This document shows, one piece after another, positions 9,618-18,462 of a DNA stretch of 64,000 bases. Position 1 is the stretch's first letter; each line of letters begins with the position of its first letter. The stretch lies in the IMG/VR virus record IMGVR_UViG_3300030102_003916, positions 1 through 64,000 of that record; one strand, 5' to 3'. The DNA comes from an uncultured virus (IMG/VR IMGVR_UViG_3300030102_003916) (taxonomy: Duplodnaviria > Heunggongvirae > Uroviricota > Caudoviricetes > Kyanoviridae). The notes under the pieces are model-generated. The model saw only the letters and a list, made by a program, of their open reading frames with translations. It was not told where the DNA came from and did no database searches. Made by a program: the position numbers and the translations under genes.

Positions 9618-10366
9618 AATTTGTTAATCCTATGAATGACACGCCGGAAGGAAAACTACTAGCGATTGTAAGAGACATTGAGAAGGCAATGGGTCTTGAG
9701 AAAGATGCTTGTAAGTCTATGGAATCTGCTGGTATGTGCAAGGATGACGACTGCCCTACCTGTGGAAAAGTAAGAAAGGCTGCAAAACCAGACTTCCTCG
9801 ACATGGACAAAGACGGCGACAGAAAAGAACCCATGAAAAACGCAATCAAAGACAAGAAAGGCAAGAAAGGCGACATGGGTGAGAAGGACAAGTATTGCAT
9901 GAAGAACTTCGGCAAGAAATACTCTGAGTGTTCAGCAGAGCAAAAGGCAAAGTGCGACAAGCATTGCGAAGTTAAGAAGTCCGATGCTACATCCGACTTC
10001 CTCCAGAAGTATTTCCAGGAGAAGTCAGGAGATGACGTGAAGCCGATGTATGTGGAAATATCCGGTGAGACTGAGATACCCGCACACGGCCCTCACTACA
10101 ACCAACTCCTTCCTTACATGGAAGACGGGCCAAAGAAGTCAATCACAAGTGAGACATACTCCATGCCATCTGTGTATAAGACCGGATATGATGTGAACGG
10201 ATCATCCCTGCACATGAAACTCAATGATGGCGGAACAGGTGGTTCCATGTATCGTGACAAGGTTGAGGAAGCACTAGCGACCATCAAGAAGGAAGCGACT
10301 ACCGGACAACTTGGTCTAGTGCAAGAAATTGCGGGACAGATTGAGCAGATATACTCCCGCCTATGA
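9614..10366 (+). CDS. Head-module protein with Cys motifs and an EF-hand-like loop
   Basis: KPDFLDMDKDGDRKEPMK (DxDxDG), CPTC and further cysteines; ATGA overlap at 9614. Confidence 0.7.
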   Translation: MKFVNPMNDTPEGKLLAIVRDIEKAMGLEKDACKSMESAGMCKDDDCPTCGKVRKAAKPDFLDMDKDGDRKEPMKNAIKDKKGKKGDMGEKDKYCMKNFGKKYSECSAEQKAKCDKHCEVKKSDATSDFLQKYFQEKSGDDVKPMYVEISGETEIPAHGPHYNQLLPYMEDGPKKSITSETYSMPSVYKTGYDVNGSSLHMKLNDGGTGGSMYRDKVEEALATIKKEATTGQLGLVQEIAGQIEQIYSRL

Positions 10367-10377
10367 AGGTGGGAAAT

Positions 10378-13300
10378 ATGTCGGATTATGTCAAACTCAG
10401 AACCGATGTAGTCCTATCCTCTATCATGGGGCAAGAGCCGCCTGTCGATGAATACCTCAAAGCACTAGATGGCAATGAGGTCACGAAAGAAGACATGGCC
10501 GCTATGGCGATGGCAGAAACCCCTCCTGTTTATTCTATGAGGAATCTTGGTTCGGCCCTGCCTCCATCTCAAATGGTGATACCGACTGATTACCAATCAT
10601 ACCTAGCAGGGCATTCTAAGATTAGCACATCCCCCCTCAAGGATTGGCCTATGGCGAATGAAGACAATAGCTATGGAGAGCATCACCCCTTTGGTATGAA
10701 CTCAAACTGTTGTCCGTTGCTACACAATGCCGCAGTAGGTGAACCACAGTATGTGGATGAAGTATTCGATTTCATAAATCTAGTAGCACCTAATCACAAG
10801 GAAGCCGAGAGGGCGATGAAACTATCACCAGAAGATGCAAGACTGTTTGGCGACCCAAAGGTGTCTATGTTGGATTTGTATCAACGTGACATCAATCGTG
10901 AATATGGTGCTGATGAAAATTGGGAAGATGAGAAGAGGAAGTATCTTGCTAACGAGTTTGGTCTGTTGCCGTTCTTGTTTGGCTTAGAATGGCACTCTCC
11001 TGGTGAGGCTGAGAGATTCTATGATCTTCTCAGCAAGTTATCTCAAACAGAGAGTCCCGAGAGTCCCGAGGCTAGGTCTGTGCTTAACAAGTTCCAAGAG
11101 CGAACAGGCGTTCATTGGAACAGATACTTGAGGAATTGGAGGGACAGGTTCACTCCACTATCTGCCTGGTGGCAACGGCCAAGCGATAGAAGCGGGCCAA
11201 CCGTATCTGCTCCCGAGGATATGATGAATGCCTCTTTGACCTCTCCTTATGTGAATGGCGAACCAGGACATAACTATCATTGGTGGGAACCATATCAATA
11301 TGCAGGTGGAGTAGGTCGTGACATAGGTTCACTCAAATCTTTATTCTCTCAATCATACTCTGATGTATTTGGAGACAATTGGCTTAGTGAGATGTTGCTC
11401 GAAGGTGTGCCTGTAGATGGCCCTCATATGTTAGCGGGTTCGCATTTTCCTGCATCAGCCAATTCTTCTCCTGAATTCTCATCTGCTCTCAGCTCCTTAT
11501 CGACAGGAGACATGGACTTTGAAAGGAGAAGGGCAAATTGGACACACGCATCAATGCGTCACAACAACCACCCCTCTGAGGTTCAAGGCACAGGCGGCAG
11601 AATCATCATACCGGATTCAGCCATGCTCATGAGTAATTTTGGCGACATGATGATGCAGACAACAGAATTAGGTTCTGCGAGACTCGGAGCATTGAGAGAA
11701 CCTCATCCTAACTCAAACTCAACATACTATGCCCTACACAATCAGCATGGTGTCAATAGCGATGCCGCACTTGCTAGTGTCGCCTCTCAGATTGCAAACA
11801 ATGTAGCACAACAATTTGGGCCGGAGGTTCTGCAGCCAATTAATGGCGACCCAAATATGAATACAATTGCGAGAGGGAACATAGGTCAAATTTACCATGC
11901 AGCCAATCATCTATTGATGCGTAAAGATGGCATTCATCCTAACGAGTATCAAGTACCCGATGCTTCATCAGGTCAATTGTCTTCAAAGATAGGTATGTTC
12001 GGTTCCGTATCACCAAATTCCGAATCGGTTGTTGCACCATTATACAATAACGGCGCAACAGATTCCTGGGGTCATGAGATGCCCACAGACTTGACTTACA
12101 AGTTTGACAGGAACACGGGCGAATTAGTATGGAACAAGAGAGAGCAACCATTCACTATACTACAACGAACACCACATGAGTTGCATCTAAATGCAGTCGA
12201 TGTGAATCATGCTCGTAGGCAAATACTTCCAAAGACTAAGGAAATCAATGCACTCCAACCTACGATGATGGGTGGTATGCATCTAACAGATACAATCACG
12301 AAGGCAGATCCTGATTGGGAACCAACAGGTGTCTTTGAAACCAAAGTCAAACCTGCTCATGTCCTGCGTGATTTGGATGACATGGACACTCTCAAGGGCT
12401 TTAGCGGAGAGTGGGTTATTCAGAAGAAGCCAAAGGGCAAGAGGGTCTTTGTCGAAAAGAAAGGCAAGAGCATAGAGCCTGGGAGCTTACCAAGCAAAGT
12501 CAAGAAATCCCTCAAGGATAGCATACAAGGAGATGCTATGTTTGATGCATACATCAAAGGTAATGTCCTAACTGTTGTGGATTTGCTAGTTCACAAAGAC
12601 ACAGATATGAGTCAGGAACCCCTGTCTGATAGGGTCGATGCCCTACGGACATTGTATGGTTCGACAGATCATGTGCATTTCCCATCTCCTAATTCATGCG
12701 TCACTACTGATGAAGATGGACTAATGAAGACCATAGCATCACTTGACCGAACCGACTTATTCCTTCGAGATGCCAAATCGACATTCATGAAGGAGAAAGC
12801 AGTTCATCCAAAGTGGATACTGTATGCCCAGGATGACATAAGCAAGAGTGCGATTCACCCACCCTTGCCTGAGATGAGCGTAAAAGATTCAAACATCATA
12901 CTTGAGTATCCTGGTGTCTTCACTCCTGTGATTGTAAAACTAGATTCGGATGAGAATGGAACATACGTTTCCGAGTATGATGGCCCGAGCTACTTGGTGA
13001 AGCAAGCAAAATCCCATTTCCCTCTTTGGAGTCCTGTTGCCGCATTGTATGTCGGCAGGGAAAACATGGCTATACCTTCGTACAGGCAACGCCCCGTATT
13101 CAGGAAGGCGGTGGACAAAGCACCAGAGGTGAATGTCGAAGGCGAGCATGATGATAATGAGAGCATCACTAGGATTATGCGATATTCAAGAAAGGCTATC
13201 ATGAACAAAAACAAGGCCATGACTGCAAAGGAATTGATTGCTACCGTTGATGGCCTTACTCAGAATATGCTTGACAAGTACGGTGGTGAATACGGTCTTG

Positions 13301-13686
13301 AGCAGATTGAGGATAAGAGATGGACAGTCAATGAGGCGATTGATGACGATATACAAGAAAAGTTCGCATTCCCCCGTATGAACCAAGCATCATCTGATGG
13401 CGGTGCATGGTCAGGTATGCAAGCAGACATCACCGCACCCACAGGTCCGACTGAGATTACCGATGAGGAGAACACAACATTCGGGAAGCCGAAGAAGGAG
13501 GGAGTTGAGATAGATCCTAACTCATCATTCAGGCCAATGAACATGGTTGTCACCACCGAAGACGGAGAGGCAACATTAACCATTCAAGAAGGAAAAGCAG
13601 TCATTCGCTTCCCTGGTAAAGATAAAAATCACGAAGAGGAAGAAAACGAGGTACTGCCAGCCCTTCGTCATGATGATGCCCTGTGA
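10378..13686 (+). CDS. Large (~1100 aa) multidomain protein containing a degenerate ATP-dependent DNA ligase adenylation-like domain
   Basis: WVIQKKPKGKR (KxDGxR-like), VVDLL...EPLSDRVDAL, DLFLRDAKSTF...KWIL resemble ligase motifs I, IIIa, IV and V, with substitutions. Confidence 0.65.
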   Translation: MSDYVKLRTDVVLSSIMGQEPPVDEYLKALDGNEVTKEDMAAMAMAETPPVYSMRNLGSALPPSQMVIPTDYQSYLAGHSKISTSPLKDWPMANEDNSYGEHHPFGMNSNCCPLLHNAAVGEPQYVDEVFDFINLVAPNHKEAERAMKLSPEDARLFGDPKVSMLDLYQRDINREYGADENWEDEKRKYLANEFGLLPFLFGLEWHSPGEAERFYDLLSKLSQTESPESPEARSVLNKFQERTGVHWNRYLRNWRDRFTPLSAWWQRPSDRSGPTVSAPEDMMNASLTSPYVNGEPGHNYHWWEPYQYAGGVGRDIGSLKSLFSQSYSDVFGDNWLSEMLLEGVPVDGPHMLAGSHFPASANSSPEFSSALSSLSTGDMDFERRRANWTHASMRHNNHPSEVQGTGGRIIIPDSAMLMSNFGDMMMQTTELGSARLGALREPHPNSNSTYYALHNQHGVNSDAALASVASQIANNVAQQFGPEVLQPINGDPNMNTIARGNIGQIYHAANHLLMRKDGIHPNEYQVPDASSGQLSSKIGMFGSVSPNSESVVAPLYNNGATDSWGHEMPTDLTYKFDRNTGELVWNKREQPFTILQRTPHELHLNAVDVNHARRQILPKTKEINALQPTMMGGMHLTDTITKADPDWEPTGVFETKVKPAHVLRDLDDMDTLKGFSGEWVIQKKPKGKRVFVEKKGKSIEPGSLPSKVKKSLKDSIQGDAMFDAYIKGNVLTVVDLLVHKDTDMSQEPLSDRVDALRTLYGSTDHVHFPSPNSCVTTDEDGLMKTIASLDRTDLFLRDAKSTFMKEKAVHPKWILYAQDDISKSAIHPPLPEMSVKDSNIILEYPGVFTPVIVKLDSDENGTYVSEYDGPSYLVKQAKSHFPLWSPVAALYVGRENMAIPSYRQRPVFRKAVDKAPEVNVEGEHDDNESITRIMRYSRKAIMNKNKAMTAKELIATVDGLTQNMLDKYGGEYGLEQIEDKRWTVNEAIDDDIQEKFAFPRMNQASSDGGAWSGMQADITAPTGPTEITDEENTTFGKPKKEGVEIDPNSSFRPMNMVVTTEDGEATLTIQEGKAVIRFPGKDKNHEEEENEVLPALRHDDAL

Positions 13687-13714
13687 TGGCTGACAACCCT
13701 GTCATGTTGTTATT

Positions 13715-13726
13715 CATATACAATTG
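13715..13726 (+). promoter_or_regulatory. Putative promoter element CATATACAATTG upstream of protease/MCP
   Basis: Intergenic, ends 19 nt before ATG 13746; followed by AGAAAAG as at the 7075 site. Confidence 0.45.
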
Positions 13727-13745
13727 AGAAAAGTAGCAGGGTTTG

Positions 13746-15137
13746 ATGGCAACGGCACAGATGCTAGAACCTTCCATTGGATGGTCTGCTTTTGGTGCAG
13801 ATTTCATCATCAAGGAAGACTCCGGTAGTGAACTATTCGTTGCCGGATACGCAAGCGTGGACATGGTGGACAAGCAGGGTGACAGAATACCTGCTGCGGC
13901 TCTAAAGAAAGCCTTTGGAAAATTTATGGACAACAAGGCATACAGAAATGTTCAGCTTGCACATAGCGGCATCCAAGTCGGAGAAGTCGTTGATTCCTAC
14001 GCAGATTCACAAGGCCGTGTGTGGAAGTCCGAGGTGGACGATCACGGCCTCTTTGTCGTATGCAAGATACGCAGCGACATTCAGAAGGCACGAGAAGTGC
14101 AAAAGCAGGTACGAGATGGAGAGCTCCGTGCCTTTTCAATAGGGGGCCAAGCCCTGTTCCGTGTGAACAAGCACACGGCAGAGCATGGCAACCACCGTGA
14201 GATTACTGACCTTGAGTTGCATGAAATTACCCTTTGCAAAAAGGGCATCAACCCCGAGGCCGGTTATACAATCCTCAAAATGGATGAAAGTGAAGTGAAT
14301 AAAATGACGGACAATGAAGCATTGACAGAAATAAGGGATAGCCTGAATGGAATACTGAAGGCTATTGACAAAGGCGAAAAAGACGAGAAAGAACCCAAAA
14401 TGAAGGGTTCCATGAAGGAGTCGAGCGATGAGATGAACGAGGAAATGGGTATGTACGAAGACGATGGACAACAACTCGGAAAGGCAACCCAGGATGCTCT
14501 GGAATACATCGACACTCTTGAGAAGTTCGCACACGAGCAGGGAGTGGATCTTGATGGACTCAGGACTCACTTCGGCCTAGAGAAGGCATACATGGTCGGA
14601 GTGGATGGACAGGGTGGCTTCTCCCACAGAGGGCAGGGCGATGAGATTGGAAGCGGCGAAGACGCATCCGAGACTGCAAAGCCAGCACTACCTTCTCCTG
14701 GTGGCAATCAGTACGTCATCAAGCAACCAGGCGTTGCTAACATGGCATACAGCGCACCAAGCGGAAACAAGAACGTCATCAAGTCCGGCGAGGTCACACC
14801 CGAAGGACTAGAGAGGGGCTACGCCGCATACGCTGCACTCAGAGATGAGGAGGCATTGAAGGCTATTGTGAAGCAGGATTGGGAGGCTCGCTACGAGGCC
14901 GAGACTGCTCGCGCACTAGAGGTTCAGAAGGCAAACGACTTCGGTTCACAGATTGCATCTCTAAAAGACGAGATAGCAAACCTATCCGCAGCCGGAAGCG
15001 CAGACCTCCAGAAGTCCGCCGCACCATCAACCGACATTCGAGTCCCAACCAACGAGGAGTTCGCCGCAATGGGGAACGACCTCGACTCTTGGAGAGCAAC
15101 AGAAGATCTAGCAAGGAGGGCATTGGTAGGCGAGTAA
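13746..15137 (+). CDS. Prohead protease (HK97-type) with C-terminal scaffold-like region
   Basis: VAGYASVDMVDKQGD, LAH, RAFSIGG and LHEITL...INPEA motifs; coiled-coil C-terminal half; directly upstream of MCP. Confidence 0.9.
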   Translation: MATAQMLEPSIGWSAFGADFIIKEDSGSELFVAGYASVDMVDKQGDRIPAAALKKAFGKFMDNKAYRNVQLAHSGIQVGEVVDSYADSQGRVWKSEVDDHGLFVVCKIRSDIQKAREVQKQVRDGELRAFSIGGQALFRVNKHTAEHGNHREITDLELHEITLCKKGINPEAGYTILKMDESEVNKMTDNEALTEIRDSLNGILKAIDKGEKDEKEPKMKGSMKESSDEMNEEMGMYEDDGQQLGKATQDALEYIDTLEKFAHEQGVDLDGLRTHFGLEKAYMVGVDGQGGFSHRGQGDEIGSGEDASETAKPALPSPGGNQYVIKQPGVANMAYSAPSGNKNVIKSGEVTPEGLERGYAAYAALRDEEALKAIVKQDWEARYEAETARALEVQKANDFGSQIASLKDEIANLSAAGSADLQKSAAPSTDIRVPTNEEFAAMGNDLDSWRATEDLARRALVGE

Positions 15138-15174
15138 TCGTCTAAGGTGACTAGGAGATAAAGGAAGTGAAAAA

Positions 15175-16332
15175 ATGAGTGGATCAGTTGGATACATACG
15201 AACAATAGAAGACATGGAGAGGCTATACTACGGTGCGGGCGCAGGTGCAAACGCATGGGCCTACTCTGGAACAGACTTGCTCAAGGCAGACTCACCTCTG
15301 GTTAGCAGTACGACAGGAACCTACCAGGCAATATTTGGCCGAAAGGTTTGGTCACAGCTCAACCAGGAGTTCAACGCCTTCAGCATACTGCCCAAGAAGC
15401 CCTGGGAGAAGAGTGGATGGAGGGTCGTCACTGACAAGCCCTCCTTCAACAAGGGCGGTGGACTACCTGAGAACGGTACTCTACCCGAGAGCAGCAAGCC
15501 AACCTTCGCAGAGGTCAGCACAAAGCCCAAGACTGTGGCTCACACCTTCGACCTAAGCGAGACTGCAATGTTCCTGGCCGACAAGGATGACGGTCTTGGA
15601 GATGCAAGGGCAGTAATGAAGATGGAGATGGCAAAGCATCACGCCGAGCACATCAACGTCATGCTCCTTGAGGATACTGACACCGCAGCAGGAAACGACT
15701 TCGAGTCCCTTGACAGGTGCTTGTCCTCGGCCTTCGTGGAAACCGCAACCGACTTCGTGGACACGATTGCAGATCACAACCAATACAACATCACCAGAAG
15801 CACAGGTGGAACTGCACAGTGGTACGATGCTAACGTGGATGCAGGAAGCGCAGGTGCGGCTCGTGCTCTCAGTCTGAACGTCATTGACGGAATGTTCAGA
15901 AGCGTATGGGAGAAGGGTGGACAGCCAAAGGTCATACTGACAGGCTACGATACCTTAGAGAAGGTTCAGCAGCTCCTACAACCTCAACAGAGGTTCACCG
16001 AGATGAAGAGAGTCGTTCCAGGCGTGAACGGAGTCAAGGGTGTTCCAGGAATGGAAGCCGGATTCGTAGTAGCAACCTACAACGGCGTACCTCTAATTCC
16101 ATCGAAAGACGTACACGCAGACTCAGGCGAACTATCGAGAATGTATTTCATCGACTCGGACTACATTTACTTCTGCACCGCCAAGCCAACCCTATACCAC
16201 GAGTCCGGTATAGAGACAGGAGATCCTTTCGGCATCAACAGGCTAGGTCAGATGGGAATGTTCCACACGATGGGAGAACTATGGCAACTATTCTACCGAG
16301 CACATGGAAAGGTGAGGGACATCGCCGCTTAG
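15175..16332 (+). CDS. Major capsid protein (HK97 fold)
   Basis: 385 aa, follows the protease; LPKKPW, ENGTLPES, DFESLDR and TYNGVPLIPSKD motifs resemble archaeal head-tail virus MCPs. Confidence 0.88.
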   Translation: MSGSVGYIRTIEDMERLYYGAGAGANAWAYSGTDLLKADSPLVSSTTGTYQAIFGRKVWSQLNQEFNAFSILPKKPWEKSGWRVVTDKPSFNKGGGLPENGTLPESSKPTFAEVSTKPKTVAHTFDLSETAMFLADKDDGLGDARAVMKMEMAKHHAEHINVMLLEDTDTAAGNDFESLDRCLSSAFVETATDFVDTIADHNQYNITRSTGGTAQWYDANVDAGSAGAARALSLNVIDGMFRSVWEKGGQPKVILTGYDTLEKVQQLLQPQQRFTEMKRVVPGVNGVKGVPGMEAGFVVATYNGVPLIPSKDVHADSGELSRMYFIDSDYIYFCTAKPTLYHESGIETGDPFGINRLGQMGMFHTMGELWQLFYRAHGKVRDIAA

Positions 16333-16369
16333 GCTTGGAGATTATGGAGAAATAAAGGAGTGAAGAAAT

Positions 16370-16744
16370 ATGGCAAACACGAACATAACTAGCACAACAG
16401 AAGTATTCAACAGCCGCCTTTGGGGTGGAGTTGGAGAGGAAGATACCGCATGGCTGCAAAGCCCAATGGGAAGCAACGCAGCAACAGGCACGATCAGCAT
16501 GGCTATCGTGGATGTAGTAGTGACTGATGGAGATGCGGCTTTCGCATACGATTTAGCTCTAGCAACAAACGCAGTATCAGGGACTGCTCTAATCGGTATC
16601 CTGTCCGCACACAACATAACGACTGCGGGCGGAAACGCCTTTACGGTTGCAGGGAACGTATCAACCAACACTCTGCTAAAACTGACTCCCGCTTCGGCAG
16701 GTCAGGATGGCGACACGGTTAGAATCACATTCCTATACAGGTGA
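16370..16744 (+). CDS. Putative capsid decoration/minor capsid protein
   Basis: Small beta-rich ORF just after MCP with RBS AAGGAGTGA. Confidence 0.55.
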   Translation: MANTNITSTTEVFNSRLWGGVGEEDTAWLQSPMGSNAATGTISMAIVDVVVTDGDAAFAYDLALATNAVSGTALIGILSAHNITTAGGNAFTVAGNVSTNTLLKLTPASAGQDGDTVRITFLYR

Positions 16745-16755
16745 AGGTGAGCCTA

Positions 16756-17292
16756 ATGGCTCTTAGCCTTCAATATGTTGGGGCGCGGCCCTATTGTGAG
16801 ATAAAGGTCGGAAAACACCACCGAATCGGATTCGCACGAGGGCAGACCAGAGATGACGTACCAGAGGATCTTATCCGCAACAAAATCATACCAATGATTG
16901 ACAATGGCGGAACCGCCTGGAAAGTCCACGACTCTAAAGCAAAGGACATGGCCTCGGCTATCGAAGAACCACCTGCTAAGAAAGCAAAGGCAGTAGCGGC
17001 GGTTGAGAAAGTAGCAGAGATTCCACAGAAAGTAGCAGAGATTCCACAGAAGGTAGTTGAGAAGGTCAAGGAGACAGTTCTTCCTGAAAAGGAAGAGGAA
17101 CCCTTGCCACCTATATCTGACAAAGAAGTGGATGTGGACATTCTTCTAGCTGCGGCAGGGTTTGACTCCAAGATGACGAGAGCACAGATGATGTCATGGT
17201 GTTCCGACAAAGGCATAGCCGTGAACAACCGTTCAACGAAAGCCTCAATGATGGAACAGGCCCGTGAGCATATCACGGGGGCATCTGAGTGA
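16756..17292 (+). CDS. Protein with C-terminal HeH/LEM-like motif
   Basis: SKMTRAQMMSWCSDKGIAVNNRSTKASMME; RBS AAGGTGA precedes ATG 16756. Confidence 0.6.
   Translation: MALSLQYVGARPYCEIKVGKHHRIGFARGQTRDDVPEDLIRNKIIPMIDNGGTAWKVHDSKAKDMASAIEEPPAKKAKAVAAVEKVAEIPQKVAEIPQKVVEKVKETVLPEKEEEPLPPISDKEVDVDILLAAAGFDSKMTRAQMMSWCSDKGIAVNNRSTKASMMEQAREHITGASE
17006..17051 (+). repeat. 21-bp coding tandem duplication AGAAAGTAGCAGAGATTCCAC (KVAEIPQ x2)
   Basis: Exact copies at 17006-17026 and 17027-17047. Confidence 0.95.
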
Positions 17293-17777
17293 GCAACGAG
17301 ATTGATGATGGCGTAGGTCGCTACGCAAGTCGCACTCGAATCAACCGCAGAGTCCTGGACATAACCGGAGATGGCACGGGTTCCATAAGTGGCACTATCG
17401 ACATGAACGGGAAGATTTCTCGTATCATACTAGATATGTCTCGCATGGCAAGCAACTCCAATGGTGCTACCCAAGGATCTATGGACATCTCAATGGATGC
17501 AGAATCAGACGGCGGAACCGATTACAAGTATTGTGAACAAGTCGCAAGTCTTGATTACAGGACTGCAAGCAATCTCGTGGGCCACTTCCAGATTGCAGAG
17601 GGAGCTAACACCGATACAGCAGGAGTTCATCTTACTATCAACAACCCCGCAGGTGCAGCAGGTTCATGGAATGGAGCAGTTTGTGGCAGGGTGAAATTCA
17701 CACTAGCACTCTCAGGAGGCAAGGTTTTCACCGCCGGAGCAAGCAATATTGCAAGGATTACAATACTGCATGAGTAA
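17289..17777 (+). CDS. Putative virion structural protein (beta-rich)
   Basis: 162-aa ORF in the head module, rich in G/T/S. Confidence 0.6.
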   Translation: MSNEIDDGVGRYASRTRINRRVLDITGDGTGSISGTIDMNGKISRIILDMSRMASNSNGATQGSMDISMDAESDGGTDYKYCEQVASLDYRTASNLVGHFQIAEGANTDTAGVHLTINNPAGAAGSWNGAVCGRVKFTLALSGGKVFTAGASNIARITILHE

Positions 17778-17786
17778 AGTAGTGGT

Positions 17787-17798
17787 TAAATAGGATTG
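17787..17798 (+). promoter_or_regulatory. Putative promoter element TAAATAGGATTG
   Basis: Intergenic, ends 20 nt before ATG 17819; 11/12 identical to 31551-31562. Confidence 0.45.
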
Positions 17799-17818
17799 AA
17801 AATAACGTAGGTATCAGT

Positions 17819-18130
17819 ATGGCACTCACCGTTGAGCAACTTGGAAGAACGAATGTGACGGGCAACAGGCTAACTGTCGCTCTAAAAATAACCTTTGATG
17901 ACTCGTATCCAACGGGTGGAGAAGCACTAGATCTGACTGCTTACGTTGAGAACATAGAAACAGTAGGCATAGAAGTGAGTGGCGGATATGTATTCCAATA
18001 CGACAGAACCAACAAGAAAGTGTTGGCATACGAAGCAGGAGCAGATGGTGCTGCATTGGATCAGGTCGCAAACGCAACCAACCTTTCAACAGTAGTCACT
18101 TATGTCTCAGTCACAGGTGGGCGAGCCTAA
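17819..18130 (+). CDS. Putative head decoration protein
   Basis: ITFDDSYPTGGEAL...GYVFQYD...KKVLAY...ATNLS pattern resembles small head proteins encoded next to MCP genes. Confidence 0.6.
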   Translation: MALTVEQLGRTNVTGNRLTVALKITFDDSYPTGGEALDLTAYVENIETVGIEVSGGYVFQYDRTNKKVLAYEAGADGAALDQVANATNLSTVVTYVSVTGGRA

Positions 18131-18138
18131 GCGGGGGC

Positions 18139-18447
18139 TTGCCGGTGGCAGTAGAATTAGATGAACTCTGCTTTGAAGAAGCACACGAAATAGAACGCCG
18201 CCGTAAGGTGCGTATGGCCGAGATTGCCACAGACGAAGGTTCCATACGGACTGACGACTCTCCCTTTAGCAAGGAGAACCTTGCGAAGGCCGAGACTGTC
18301 CGCGTGAAGATAAGGGGGAGAGAGAGATATGACATTCAAAACATCGGTTCAGGAACGAGATGCCTGTCCTGTGGGTTGCTTCACTTTTGCTATACCCCTA
18401 GTTGTGCAGGATGTGGTGGAGACATGGACTACAATTTGGGGAGTTAG
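18139..18447 (+). CDS. Zn-ribbon protein
   Basis: CLSC...CAGC at the C-terminus. Confidence 0.65.
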   Translation: MPVAVELDELCFEEAHEIERRRKVRMAEIATDEGSIRTDDSPFSKENLAKAETVRVKIRGRERYDIQNIGSGTRCLSCGLLHFCYTPSCAGCGGDMDYNLGS

Positions 18448-18462
18448 GGAGGATGAAGCGTA

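Noticed and set aside
13691..13704. TGACA-ACCC-TGTCA palindrome as terminator
   Set aside because: Only a 5-bp stem with no clear T-tract; could be an operator but is unsupported.
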